Of a stretch of 64,000 bases of DNA, positions 30,313 to 39,650 are shown piece after piece; positions within the stretch are counted from its first letter, which is position 1; every line of letters starts with the position of its first letter. Source of the stretch: a virus; IMG/VR virus record IMGVR_UViG_3300012683_000001, positions 1,406 to 65,405 of that record; one strand, written 5' to 3'. Below the pieces are notes generated by a model. The model did not search any database and had not been told where the DNA came from. It saw only the letters and a program-made list of their open reading frames with translations. The translations under genes were made by a program, and so were the position numbers.

Positions 30313-30579
30313 TCATTCTCCCTTATTTAAAGTCGCCAGTTCCTCGCGTATAATTTTCCTAATCTCTTCCTGCATACACTTCTGTACCGCAGCGAAAATA
30401 AGATCAGTGGCCATGTCCATATTGATGACTTGTATAGGATGAGGAGGATGATAAGGAGTCTGCGTGAACCTGCTTGCCATCTGCGCTTGACCTAACCCTC
30501 CTTGATTTATTTGATTAGCCGCTGCATTTTGCATTGAATGTTGAGAGGCTCCAAATATAGATGCCCAATTAGCGGTCAT
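30313..30579 (-). CDS. Hypothetical protein, paralog of 30569..30862.
   Basis: Shared C-terminal helix DLIFAAVQKCMQEEIRKIIREEL. Confidence 0.4.
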   Translation of the reverse strand: MTANWASIFGASQHSMQNAAANQINQGGLGQAQMASRFTQTPYHPPHPIQVINMDMATDLIFAAVQKCMQEEIRKIIREELATLNKGE

Positions 30580-30862
30580 CTTTCTTCTCCAGTTCTTCTT
30601 TAATAATCCTACGTAGATGGGCTTCGACTGCGGCGAAGATAAAGTCTACGACCATTTCCAATGTCTTAGGTGATTCATAAGGGTTGATTGCCGATGGCCA
30701 CGGTACCGTCACAGTTGAAGTACCCGCGCAACCACCGCTACCAATCGTAACCCATGGAATAGCATTTGATGTACCCGTTGTAGTAAGAGTGGTTCCGGGT
30801 GGGAAGTAAATTCCGGTTGATCCACCACCAGCAGATCCGCTACCAGAAGATGAAATACTCAT
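30569..30862 (-). CDS. Hypothetical Gly/Ser/Thr-rich protein, paralog of 30313..30579.
   Basis: C-terminal DFIFAAVEAHLRRIIKEEL. An operator lies 16 nt upstream. Confidence 0.4.
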   Translation of the reverse strand: MSISSSGSGSAGGGSTGIYFPPGTTLTTTGTSNAIPWVTIGSGGCAGTSTVTVPWPSAINPYESPKTLEMVVDFIFAAVEAHLRRIIKEELEKKDDR

Positions 30863-30877
30863 AGTACTAATTCCTTT

Positions 30878-30891
30878 CCATCAACTGATGG
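30878..30891. promoter_or_regulatory. Palindromic operator copy 1 (CCATCA-AC-TGATGG).
   Basis: Member of the seven-copy CATTCCATCA-NN-TGATGGAATG family. Lies in the 5' UTR of 30569..30862. Confidence 0.6.
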
Positions 30892-30921
30892 AATGCTAAT
30901 AGCCAAGTTGCATAGAGTTTT

Positions 30922-31269
30922 TTATATAGCCTTGTCCAATTCCTTAATGATATTTTCGATCTCAGTGCTCTCCGGGTTCTCTCGTGTCCAATTACCCTTA
31001 CCCCAACACTCTACACATAATGTTTTAATCCAAGCTAAAGGGCGAGGTTCACCCGGCTGACCACATTCTTCACAGATGGTGTAAGACTCTTTCTCGGCAC
31101 GTTGTATTTCTTGAAAAACTTCATTAGAAGCAACAGCAACATAAAATCTTAGCCCACCAAACTTCTCTTTAACTTGTAATATTCCTACATTATTTATTTC
31201 GCATAGGTTTACTAATCTCGTAACTAAAGGTCGCCAACCTTCGCCTATACCCGTACACCAGTCAGTCAT
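30922..31269 (-). CDS. Zn-ribbon protein.
   Basis: CxxC...CxxC: CEECGQPG...CVECWGKG. Confidence 0.4.
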   Translation of the reverse strand: MTDWCTGIGEGWRPLVTRLVNLCEINNVGILQVKEKFGGLRFYVAVASNEVFQEIQRAEKESYTICEECGQPGEPRPLAWIKTLCVECWGKGNWTRENPESTEIENIIKELDKAI

Positions 31270-31601
31270 TTTAATTCCTCAATCTTCTCTAACAATTCTG
31301 TTATGTCATCGGGCTCTAGTCCAACAATCACATCTTCTGTGATTCCAGAGTCATAACACAACTCATCGTTCTTGAGTACTGCTAACTCAAATCCATGGAT
31401 CATGGGGCCAAAGATCACGCTGGCCCCATAATTATTTTTAAACTTGACATGCGCTCGCATGAAACCCGTGACCTTAAAGCGGTCGTCAAGCTCGTGCCAA
31501 TTCGTAAACTGAAGATCAGTAAACTTCACTTCTTCTCGCCTACATTCAGAAACGGTATCGGCGCACCCGCATAGATCGCTTCCGGTAATGTCCCACTCCA
31601 C
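31266..31601 (-). CDS. Hypothetical protein.
   Basis: 111-aa ORF overlapping its neighbours. Confidence 0.35.
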   Translation of the reverse strand: MEWDITGSDLCGCADTVSECRREEVKFTDLQFTNWHELDDRFKVTGFMRAHVKFKNNYGASVIFGPMIHGFELAVLKNDELCYDSGITEDVIVGLEPDDITELLEKIEELK

Positions 31602-32470
31602 TTCTGTGCCTGCACAAGCGAGACTTCAATCCGCTTCAACTCCAGCACTTGTGGATTGGTCGAAATGGCGTGAGCCGTCACTTCCAATGCCCGAGCGTTG
31701 GCTTCTGCGTTTTTAATTGTGGCATAGGCAGAACCATCTGCTGTTGCTTTAACTGCTGATGCTTCTGCTTCTGCGATGGCCACCTTCTGTTTCTGCTCTG
31801 ATTCAACAGTCTTTAGTTTATTGTCAGCCGCTTGGCGTAGCTGCTCTTGCGTGACCTTCTCATTAATGGCTTTCATATATGATTCACTGAAAGCAAAATT
31901 CCGCATGTCGATGTTCACGACATGAGCACCATATAGTTCCAGCTTCTTACCCAAGGCCGCATAAATATCCGATGAGACCAATGCTCGTTTTGCAATCAGG
32001 TCAGGAGCGTTGTATTTAGCTGTGACTGCTTTAAAGATTTCATGCGTGGCGGTTTGGACATAGCTGGACAGATCACCGTCATGGCTATACTTTTCATAAA
32101 CCTCTGCCACCTTATCGGTCTCGATGGCATACCGTACCGTGAGGCTAACGGCCACTGGCTGTGTATCACTTGTTGCGCCTTGCGCATTCTCAACATCAGC
32201 CTGCTCTGATCTAATACTAAATAATGCCAACTTACGCCATGGGGGTAGGACTGCTAAACCTTCACCCTCAATACCTACAATCTTGCCGAATTGCGTGACG
32301 ACGCCACGGCTACCTGTAGGGACTGAATAGAAAGGCCAAAGAATAGCCACAAGAATCCAGATGCCAATGACACTCCCTATATCTTTAAAAATAGCAAACC
32401 AATTAGGGACAGTTTCTTTTCCGTAACTCCTTGTAACAACTTGTGTCCAACGATCTTTGATGTTCATCAT
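31526..32470 (-). CDS. SPFH / band-7 (stomatin/prohibitin-like) membrane protein.
   Basis: N-terminal TM segment GIWILVAILWPFY, an SPFH core VVTQFGKIVGIEGEGLAVLPPW, and a C-terminal coiled coil. Confidence 0.7.
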   Translation of the reverse strand: MMNIKDRWTQVVTRSYGKETVPNWFAIFKDIGSVIGIWILVAILWPFYSVPTGSRGVVTQFGKIVGIEGEGLAVLPPWRKLALFSIRSEQADVENAQGATSDTQPVAVSLTVRYAIETDKVAEVYEKYSHDGDLSSYVQTATHEIFKAVTAKYNAPDLIAKRALVSSDIYAALGKKLELYGAHVVNIDMRNFAFSESYMKAINEKVTQEQLRQAADNKLKTVESEQKQKVAIAEAEASAVKATADGSAYATIKNAEANARALEVTAHAISTNPQVLELKRIEVSLVQAQKWSGTLPEAIYAGAPIPFLNVGEKK

Positions 32471-32580
32471 TTTTCATCCTTTGCTTTAGGTATAAACCCG
32501 TACTTTACTCCGAACCAATAAGCGACTCTTACTAATCCATACGTTGTAAGAGCCAGTATAAGAATGTCTACAATAATCAT
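32467..32580 (-). CDS. Tiny TM peptide (37 aa) coupled to the SPFH gene.
   Basis: MIIVDILILALTTYGLVRVAYWFGVKYGFIPKAKDEK. Its TGA overlaps the SPFH ATG. Confidence 0.3.
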   Translation of the reverse strand: MIIVDILILALTTYGLVRVAYWFGVKYGFIPKAKDEK

Positions 32581-32582
32581 AA

Positions 32583-33707
32583 TTATTCATCCGTATCAAA
32601 AGAAACAGCCGCCGGCTGCGCCGTTACTGGGCGAATGCCGTGCTTTTTACGATTAATCGAATCAATCAGTTTCTCAGTTGCGCCCCCATGCTTACGATGA
32701 ATGGCATAAACTTTAGCGACTGTAATAGACCCTGATTCTCTCTCTAGTTCCTGCATCGCCATGAAGCTACCCCCTACTTTCGTCATCAATGCCTTGGCTT
32801 CTTGCTTGTCTAAATTCCGAGTGAACATATGCATGAAGCACCGACCGGGACGAACGAGTGCGTCATCGACACTATTAATGCTTGGCAGATTCGTAGAGAA
32901 GATAATCTTTCTACCCTGCGCCTGTGCAATACCATCAGAGATATTAAGAAATCGATGTAGATGCTTGTTGCCTGATGATCTGGGTGTGATCATATGATCC
33001 GCATCTTCAATCAACAGTACATCGTAACTGCCTGAAATAAAGTGGATAAAAACCTCGTCGGACTCCCATACTGTAGCATCACCTGAATAAATAGCGCTTG
33101 CCCGCTCACCCTTACGAACGGTCATTTCACGCAAAATGGCTCGCACCAACCGAGTCTTACCCATACCCGGTGGACCTTGAAGAATCAAAATAGTCTCTTC
33201 GGCTTCTAGATAATCATTAATAAACTTATCGACACCATTCTTAAGAGTGGGGTAAGCCTCATCAAGAACACTAGTCGGCTGCTCAACTGTCGAGGTACCT
33301 TGCAATTTACCATTAACAGTGAACCGCCATTCTAGATCAAAAAGGATTGTGTCGATCTTGAAAGGGAGGATTTGATCCATGAAGAACTTGAACTCAGTCT
33401 CAAGAACTTCCTTGTCTCCTGCCCACATTTTAATAAAGAAATTAGCGTAGCTTGGTTTACCGCTTGCGGTAATGACAGCAAACGCGCCATCACGTTGAAG
33501 AATGACTTCCCCAAGTCCCGCATGTTGTACTTCCCATTTACTTGTATTAAGTGAATCAATACAAATTTTAGGATCTTGTTTAATAACCACCCGCTCATCG
33601 CGGTAGAATTTACACTGATCTTTATGATCAATTAGAAACTGATGACGCCGAATTTCTTCTACATCATCAGATCTTAATCCCAAACTAACTTTCGTGGGAT
33701 CAGTCAC
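32583..33707 (-). CDS. AAA+ ATPase (classic AAA clade).
   Basis: Walker A ILQGPPGMGKTRL, Walker B LLIEDADH, and arginine finger VRPGRCF. Confidence 0.75.
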   Translation of the reverse strand: MTDPTKVSLGLRSDDVEEIRRHQFLIDHKDQCKFYRDERVVIKQDPKICIDSLNTSKWEVQHAGLGEVILQRDGAFAVITASGKPSYANFFIKMWAGDKEVLETEFKFFMDQILPFKIDTILFDLEWRFTVNGKLQGTSTVEQPTSVLDEAYPTLKNGVDKFINDYLEAEETILILQGPPGMGKTRLVRAILREMTVRKGERASAIYSGDATVWESDEVFIHFISGSYDVLLIEDADHMITPRSSGNKHLHRFLNISDGIAQAQGRKIIFSTNLPSINSVDDALVRPGRCFMHMFTRNLDKQEAKALMTKVGGSFMAMQELERESGSITVAKVYAIHRKHGGATEKLIDSINRKKHGIRPVTAQPAAVSFDTDE

Positions 33708-33727
33708 TTGATTAACTCCTGTAACGA

Positions 33728-34594
33728 TTACAACACCATCAATCGATCCGCTTCGTTGGGTCCGATGGTAATGGCCTGACGTGCAGCATCATCCCCACGA
33801 CCCCGACGAACCAAATTCCATGCCTTGACCATCATCTTTAATTTAAGTTCTATTGGATATGTAGTTAGACGCTGAGCGTCCCTGATAAGTAAATTCCGAA
33901 GGATATATTCAGCATCCTTGGAGTGCAGCCCCTCGCCTGTATAGAATCTTCGCATGAACGCATCAGACTTATCTTCATCCTTGCGTTGAAAAATTTCATA
34001 ACAGGCCGTAGTCGCACTCAACGACAAAGGCCGAGCATCCCGAGGGAAACCCATCAATAACTCAGCACACCGCCAAAGACTTTTATGTTTGGCCACATAA
34101 GTCAATACATCAGTATTGCCAATCTTCTTACGGTCGCCATAAAAACCCGCTTCAATACGGTGACAATACCCAACCGCTGATCCCACGGCGTTAACAATAC
34201 CTTTTGCAACATCTGGATACCACAACGACAGAGCATCAGCAGGCCCACGCACACGTCCAGTATCTATTGTTTTAAAGGCATCGCGCTTAATCCCATAGAT
34301 CACCAGACTATCGATAGTTTCACCCGAATCAATCACTGCCAAGAGTCGATGCTGGCCGTCCAGTACATCCTCATTGTCACTGATAATGATGGCCTGCCCA
34401 TTCAGTTGCCAGTTCCCTAATGTCATTTCACGCCCAAGAAACTCTACGTGACGTTTTTTGATGGGACGATTATGTGTATTGGCTTTTAACCACAATGCCG
34501 CAATATTGGGTGTGATCGATTGAACTTCAATGATCAAATCTGGCGCACCGAGTATTTGATTGGATTTGCTTTTCAGTTGGATGATCTTAGGCAT
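33728..34594 (-). CDS. ParB/Srx-like nuclease-domain protein.
   Basis: ParB N-terminal motif DGQHRL. Confidence 0.6.
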   Translation of the reverse strand: MPKIIQLKSKSNQILGAPDLIIEVQSITPNIAALWLKANTHNRPIKKRHVEFLGREMTLGNWQLNGQAIIISDNEDVLDGQHRLLAVIDSGETIDSLVIYGIKRDAFKTIDTGRVRGPADALSLWYPDVAKGIVNAVGSAVGYCHRIEAGFYGDRKKIGNTDVLTYVAKHKSLWRCAELLMGFPRDARPLSLSATTACYEIFQRKDEDKSDAFMRRFYTGEGLHSKDAEYILRNLLIRDAQRLTTYPIELKLKMMVKAWNLVRRGRGDDAARQAITIGPNEADRLMVL

Positions 34595-34603
34595 AATAAT
34601 CTC

Positions 34604-35125
34604 TTAAGGCATTTTACCTTGTAGTGTATAAAGTGCTAATGACACCAACATATAACCGGCGGAGTCCTTGTTTGCGATAGCGGCTCGCGCATGGTTTAAA
34701 TAAATGATGGCATCCCCTGTCGGTCCTGCTTCACGCTTCTTATAAGTCCGTTTTTCATCAGCGAGATATTCTTTGGCTTTCTCAACCACTGTTTTCTGCG
34801 AAGGCCCTGCTTTATTAAGCTGATACTTCCCCGGCGTCACCCGAGTGAGAAATCCTTTCTGACAGGATTGTGTTACTGCTTGATAAACTGACAGTGTATT
34901 TTTATCGGGAAAACGATCCGCAACGTCCTGACGTGAGAATACCCTGTCAGGAAAAGCAGTAAAATATTCTCGGATTTGTTCTGCGTTAGTTTTAGGTTTA
35001 ACTGGATTTAACTTTACTTTAGTCATGTTTGTTTCCTTATTTACCGAAGAAATACATCCAATCGTTGTGCTTGAGCTTGAGCCTCGCTTCCGAATTGGCG
35101 TTGAGTACCTGTATCCACCCATCAT
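34604..35125 (-). CDS. Hypothetical protein. The internal MTKVKLNP at 35026 is the likely start.
   Basis: ORF with a basic N-terminal region. Confidence 0.35.
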   Translation of the reverse strand: MMGGYRYSTPIRKRGSSSSTTIGCISSVNKETNMTKVKLNPVKPKTNAEQIREYFTAFPDRVFSRQDVADRFPDKNTLSVYQAVTQSCQKGFLTRVTPGKYQLNKAGPSQKTVVEKAKEYLADEKRTYKKREAGPTGDAIIYLNHARAAIANKDSAGYMLVSLALYTLQGKMP

Positions 35126-35444
35126 AAGACTTAGAAGCTTCCCGATGTTGCTCGATCTTGGTCATGCATTCATCCATATCTCTTTGTAACATGGGGTCTA
35201 CCATCACCGTCACACCGCGTCCCATCGCTCGCGTATTATAATTATTCGATGCAGTACTTAACTTCTCACCGGGACTTTCATGAACAGTCAATCCACTGTC
35301 CTTGATCTTGGTCATGATCTCCGCTTTCTTTTCTTCCCACACTTTGACACGACCGTCACGATAATCTTTCTGAGCCTGTGCGGCCTCAGAGAGTTTATTA
35401 GCCGTGTATTCAAACTCCCACTGATCACGATTCATAAATTCCAT
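35037..35444 (-). CDS. Hypothetical protein.
   Basis: 135-aa ORF. Confidence 0.4.
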   Translation of the reverse strand: MEFMNRDQWEFEYTANKLSEAAQAQKDYRDGRVKVWEEKKAEIMTKIKDSGLTVHESPGEKLSTASNNYNTRAMGRGVTVMVDPMLQRDMDECMTKIEQHREASKSYDGWIQVLNANSEARLKLKHNDWMYFFGK

Positions 35445-35446
35445 GT

Positions 35447-35656
35447 TTACTTCCTTTTAGACATAGGTGGAGTTCTGCTCTCAACGACCTTCTGCATCCT
35501 GTGATCATACATATGCAATTTTCTACGTCGTTCAAGAACTTCTGCGGGTCTGCGCCTGAGCCATGAGCCAATATTCCTACGACACAGAGGGCAGATGGGT
35601 AACTTAGATCCATCTGGTGTGTCATTGACACACTCAGGGATTGCACACTTAGCCAT
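35447..35656 (-). CDS. Small Zn-finger protein.
   Basis: CAIPEC...CPLC. Confidence 0.35.
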   Translation of the reverse strand: MAKCAIPECVNDTPDGSKLPICPLCRRNIGSWLRRRPAEVLERRRKLHMYDHRMQKVVESRTPPMSKRK

Positions 35657-36059
35657 TTGCTTTTAACTCCTTAATATAAGTCTCACATTCACGAATGACT
35701 TTACTGACAGGTCTAGGATCATCATTATAAAAAATGCGACTTGTTCCCTGATTACCGAAAAAATCTGAAGGATCAGTACTTAAACTTTCATTCCAATAGT
35801 CTTGTGAAAGTCCCAAAGAATCTATCCATTTCACATGGTTAAAATCTAATTTAAATCCTCGTCGTCGAAACCATGAGTTCAATCCACAATGTCCTGCGGC
35901 ACAGGCAATCGTACCGCAAGCTGTTTTTTCTCCCCATGTACTCATGTTCCAATGTTTTCTTCGTTGATGCGGTGTCAGTTTCTTAAGTACCATGACCACA
36001 TGATCCCAACGTTCGATTTTTTCTTTAAGTTTCAAATCATCAAAATGCTTTGCTTCCAT
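35649..36059 (-). CDS. Hypothetical protein.
   Basis: 136-aa ORF. Confidence 0.4.
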   Translation of the reverse strand: MEAKHFDDLKLKEKIERWDHVVMVLKKLTPHQRRKHWNMSTWGEKTACGTIACAAGHCGLNSWFRRRGFKLDFNHVKWIDSLGLSQDYWNESLSTDPSDFFGNQGTSRIFYNDDPRPVSKVIRECETYIKELKANG

Positions 36060-36194
36060 GTTTGTTCTCCTAGTAATTAAAATAATGGGGAAAGGGGACG
36101 GTTAGATTACCTATCTGCCGCCCCCTTCCTTTCATTATGGGACTCCGCGTTTACACTAACGATATAATTCTGGTGTACTAGGCCACTATACGAC

Positions 36195-36240
36195 TCTCCC
36201 ATCGATGGAGGGAGAGGTTGGATTTGAACCAACGTTTCCA
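36195..36240 (-). other. tRNA 3'-end-like element: T-arm, acceptor 3' strand and CCA, with no 5' half.
   Basis: The - strand reads GTTGG-TTCAAAT-CCAAC-CTCTCCC-T-CCA. No matching 5' acceptor strand is found upstream. Confidence 0.35.
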
Positions 36241-36373
36241 GAAAGTTATATTGCTTCATCCCATACCTCACGCTATCAATCGTTGGCGATACTGGTCCCG
36301 TTCACTGTTGCATGCAGCAGGGAACCGACGATACTCAGTAACAATCACAACAACGATAACGCCAGCCAACTCC

Positions 36374-37144
36374 TTAAGACTTTAACGGTTCAAGCAAGAG
36401 TTTCACGAGGGCACTTGCCACAGTCCCGGTTTCCGCGACCGTTTCATTGGCCCGCATCCGCGCTTGCTTGATTTCAATTAACAGTTCATCCACTCGCTTG
36501 ATGGCCTCAGACTTCTGAACAGCAGAAGCCGCGCCACTTCGCTTAATGGTTGTAAATTTGCCCACCACAATGTCCTTGTTCACAGCCTGAACCTGAGCAG
36601 GGTGTTCCTTGGTGGCTTCCTTAAGCGTGACAGGAATCATTTGCTTCTCAGTCTTGGTCGTTTCCTCGGGAAACTCCGTGGCATAAACATAAGGACTGAT
36701 ACCCGCATCCACCCGCCAATGCTTCGTGGCGTCCAGCGTGGGGATGGCATCGTACAATTCCCGAATCTTCACCAGCCGTGCCTCCAGCCCAAGCAGTTCA
36801 TCCACTGGCATTTCAGCCAATAAAATCTCCCCCTTCCACATCACGGTGCCGGTGGCTTTACGGTTCGTTGCATTCTTTTGATACTGCAAGTTCTCCGCAC
36901 GACTAAAGATATCTAATGCATACTCTAGCGTTTCGTACACATTAGTCGTGACCGGCTTCTCTTCGCGTGCTTGATCCTCTACCGCTTTATTAGCTGGATT
37001 ATCGTCCAGCATATGAAGCGACTTGGAATGTCCATCAAAGAAGTGGGTGGGATTCTTGAACTTCTTCAAGGTATCTGCTAACAGCGTATTCCACGCACCG
37101 GTCGGCGTTTTTTCTGCCGCCAGCAGTTCATGTAACTTGGTCAT
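36374..37144 (-). CDS. Hypothetical protein (256 aa).
   Basis: An operator lies upstream. Confidence 0.45.
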   Translation of the reverse strand: MTKLHELLAAEKTPTGAWNTLLADTLKKFKNPTHFFDGHSKSLHMLDDNPANKAVEDQAREEKPVTTNVYETLEYALDIFSRAENLQYQKNATNRKATGTVMWKGEILLAEMPVDELLGLEARLVKIRELYDAIPTLDATKHWRVDAGISPYVYATEFPEETTKTEKQMIPVTLKEATKEHPAQVQAVNKDIVVGKFTTIKRSGAASAVQKSEAIKRVDELLIEIKQARMRANETVAETGTVASALVKLLLEPLKS

Positions 37145-37179
37145 GTTTGTTTCCTCTAGTTTATAACTCTAATAACAAT

Positions 37180-37193
37180 CCATCATGTGATGG
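37180..37193. promoter_or_regulatory. Palindromic operator copy 2 (CCATCA-TG-TGATGG).
   Basis: Same family. Lies upstream of 36374..37144. Confidence 0.55.
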
Positions 37194-37195
37194 AA

Positions 37196-37414
37196 TTAAA
37201 CTAACAACGCAAGTCCTTTCCTCAAATGCTTGATTGCACGAGTCAGTACCGCAGTATTAGCTGCGCCACTTGAACTCTTCCCTTTCTTCTTCCCATTCTG
37301 GTCCTTCCACCTGATCTGGTAGACGTAACCCGGTTTGATCTTGAGCCGCTTGGCAATAGCCGTTGGCTTAAGACCTTTCTTAAGAAGCGAGCGGATCTTT
37401 TCTGAATTGGTCAT
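37196..37414 (-). CDS. Small HTH DNA-binding protein.
   Basis: LKPTAIAKRLKIKPGYVYQIRW. Confidence 0.45.
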   Translation of the reverse strand: MTNSEKIRSLLKKGLKPTAIAKRLKIKPGYVYQIRWKDQNGKKKGKSSSGAANTAVLTRAIKHLRKGLALLV

Positions 37415-37736
37415 ACGGTCCTCTATTTAGTACTAGCCAAAGTAAATAACCCGGTAACTCATCGACGTTCTCTTCGTTCAATACCAACGCAACTCCACCA
37501 TGAACACTAATGTGGTGCAAATGTTTCCACTGTAAATCAGTGGGCTTAATTGTCCTCGACTTACACTCAATACCCATGAATTTCCCTAGAAAACATACTA
37601 TGAAGTCCGGAGCGCCTGAGTCACCATAGCCTCCAGAATTAGGCATCGTATAGTAAGCGTAAAATTGTTTCAAGTACAACTTTACTCTGGCTTTCACCAG
37701 CCGTTCTCTTTGAGATTTATCCTTTAGCAGACTCAC
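37380..37736 (-). CDS. VRR-NUC domain nuclease.
   Basis: GAPDFIVCF...GIECKS (D...ExK). Confidence 0.7.
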   Translation of the reverse strand: MSLLKDKSQRERLVKARVKLYLKQFYAYYTMPNSGGYGDSGAPDFIVCFLGKFMGIECKSRTIKPTDLQWKHLHHISVHGGVALVLNEENVDELPGYLLWLVLNRGPYDQFRKDPLAS

Positions 37737-38208
37737 TGGCGGCTTTCGCTTTTGCCTTTGTCACCTTATCAGTCGATTCCTCTTTGCTTTCCTGACCGGC
37801 TCTTACCGACGCCAGTTCCTCTTCACTCAGCACAACCACATAATAATATTTATTATATTGCCAACCGATATCCTCGTAGACCTTATCGAACATACCACTC
37901 TTGAAAATCTCTTCCTGCGTCACCCCGTTGGCCATATTGATATCGGTCATTTCCTTCTGGTTTAACTCTGCGGCCTTGGGCGAGTTCATGATGATCCCCA
38001 AAGGGATACGTACTTCATTTGGAAGGGTTTCTTCTGAGAAATACCGCACCACGTTATCGCCGGTCCAGACCACAAACACGTTGCCTTTCTTGAATACCGG
38101 AACTTTCCACACTTTTTTACCAGCCACGTCACTTTCTCCTTTAACTGGATTGAACGAAGTCATAGGTAATCCGATCCACTCATCATCATAAGATATTTCA
38201 TTACTCAT
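37717..38208 (-). CDS. Hypothetical protein with an acidic/Lys-rich C-terminal tail.
   Basis: 163-aa ORF. Confidence 0.4.
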   Translation of the reverse strand: MSNEISYDDEWIGLPMTSFNPVKGESDVAGKKVWKVPVFKKGNVFVVWTGDNVVRYFSEETLPNEVRIPLGIIMNSPKAAELNQKEMTDINMANGVTQEEIFKSGMFDKVYEDIGWQYNKYYYVVVLSEEELASVRAGQESKEESTDKVTKAKAKAASESAKG

Positions 38209-39233
38209 GGTACCTTATCGCACACAAACCACGATTGCTGTCCCGCTGTGTACGCCATGGAATCTGTGTCACTCCAAAATTCATTGGTAATAGGGATTAG
38301 ATGTGTCTTGTCTAAATGATCTAATTTCTTATTGAGGTTTTCCCTGTTTACCTTACACAAGCCCAAAGAGGCCATTAGATTATCTCTAAAAGAATTGGGT
38401 ATGTTGTCTAATCCATCATAAACCCCAAACGGAACGACAGCATGATCTATTGCATCTTTAGAAAAGAGACTGGGGAGATACCTCCCATTGTGATAGGTTT
38501 CTCTAAATACTTTTACAAATGAAGCGCAGTGGAGCGCCCCAACGAGTAATCCCTTTTGTCCCCCTGCTCTAGCAATAAAATACTTTTCACGATCAAACAT
38601 TTGCGCTGCGTCTTTCAGATACTTCTCGAAAGCCTTTTCTTGCTTCTCGACCCGCTGCCATGTCAGCAAAATATCGTTCTGATAATCCGTAGGCACATCA
38701 GCCATCGTCTTACCACCCAATAGAATATGAAGTAGCCATTCCTGAGAGATTCGATGTAGATTCATGTCCTCATGGCTGTACTTGTTATAGTTATCCAAAT
38801 AAGTCCTAACGAGAGTATCAATAACATCAGGCAATTTTCTTAGCTCTGCATCATCTATCATTTGTTTTACAGTTAATCCAGCGCCCTTAGTCTCATCTCT
38901 GAGCTTTTGTGCGATATACCGAATACTTTTACTCTCGATGACCGTATCCGTTGCGGGTAAAGCCCTAATAGAATCCGACAGGCCAAGAATAGAATAGGCT
39001 TTCTCACTCCCACCACCTGTGACTTTTAAGTACACCGCTTGTACGCCCGCTGCCGTTCCCATAATGACGCTTTTAGCGATTGTGGGCCCACTTTGGTCCC
39101 AATACGTTGCAAAAAGTTTGCCTCCACTGTTGTAGTACAGAGTCAACACCAAGGGCCAGAGATCAGACTGCTTCATCTTATCTTTACTGGCTTGTAAGAT
39201 ATTTCCATAGGGATAAAACACCGCATCAGTCAT
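38205..39233 (-). CDS. Hypothetical protein (342 aa).
   Basis: Long ORF with ATGA coupling. Confidence 0.45.
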   Translation of the reverse strand: MTDAVFYPYGNILQASKDKMKQSDLWPLVLTLYYNSGGKLFATYWDQSGPTIAKSVIMGTAAGVQAVYLKVTGGGSEKAYSILGLSDSIRALPATDTVIESKSIRYIAQKLRDETKGAGLTVKQMIDDAELRKLPDVIDTLVRTYLDNYNKYSHEDMNLHRISQEWLLHILLGGKTMADVPTDYQNDILLTWQRVEKQEKAFEKYLKDAAQMFDREKYFIARAGGQKGLLVGALHCASFVKVFRETYHNGRYLPSLFSKDAIDHAVVPFGVYDGLDNIPNSFRDNLMASLGLCKVNRENLNKKLDHLDKTHLIPITNEFWSDTDSMAYTAGQQSWFVCDKVP

Positions 39234-39423
39234 GTTTGTCTACTCCGTAAGCGATTTCAACAAATTTATGGAAAAATGTGGGATTAGCAAACTGCATAAA
39301 CCAACCATGTTCTCTGTCATGAACATAACCTTCATTGAGTATCTTCCATAAAGTCATCAATGAATTATCGATCATGGCCCTCGCTATGATCTGAGTCTTT
39401 ATCATTGGTATATAACAAGTCAC
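39226..39423 (-). CDS. Small protein, 'TLxxLWxxLN' family member.
   Basis: SLMTLWKILNEGY. Confidence 0.4.
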   Translation of the reverse strand: MTCYIPMIKTQIIARAMIDNSLMTLWKILNEGYVHDREHGWFMQFANPTFFHKFVEIAYGVDKHD

Positions 39424-39434
39424 GTCGCCAGTTC

Positions 39435-39650
39435 CTAATACCGTTCCACCACATGATGGAGTTCTATTAACTCACTCGGGATATTATCCATCCACGCTGA
39501 TGATGCTTCTACAGAAAGATTAAACCGGTAGTCCGCGTTATCAAAGATATAATTTTCATTTAGTATTTTCCACAGCACTGTCAGTGAACTGACAATAATA
39601 GATTTAGCGAAATACTGATTCATGATCAATGGCAGTAAGGAATTACTCAA
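39435..39650 (-). CDS. Small protein, 'TLxxLWxxLN' family member.
   Basis: SLTVLWKILNENY. Paralog of 39226..39423. Confidence 0.4.
   Translation of the reverse strand: MSNSLLPLIMNQYFAKSIIVSSLTVLWKILNENYIFDNADYRFNLSVEASSAWMDNIPSELIELHHVVERY

Noticed and set aside
36195-36300. A complete tRNA gene.
   Set aside because: Only the T-arm, the 3' acceptor strand and CCA are present. No 5' acceptor strand, D-arm or anticodon arm could be folded from the upstream sequence.
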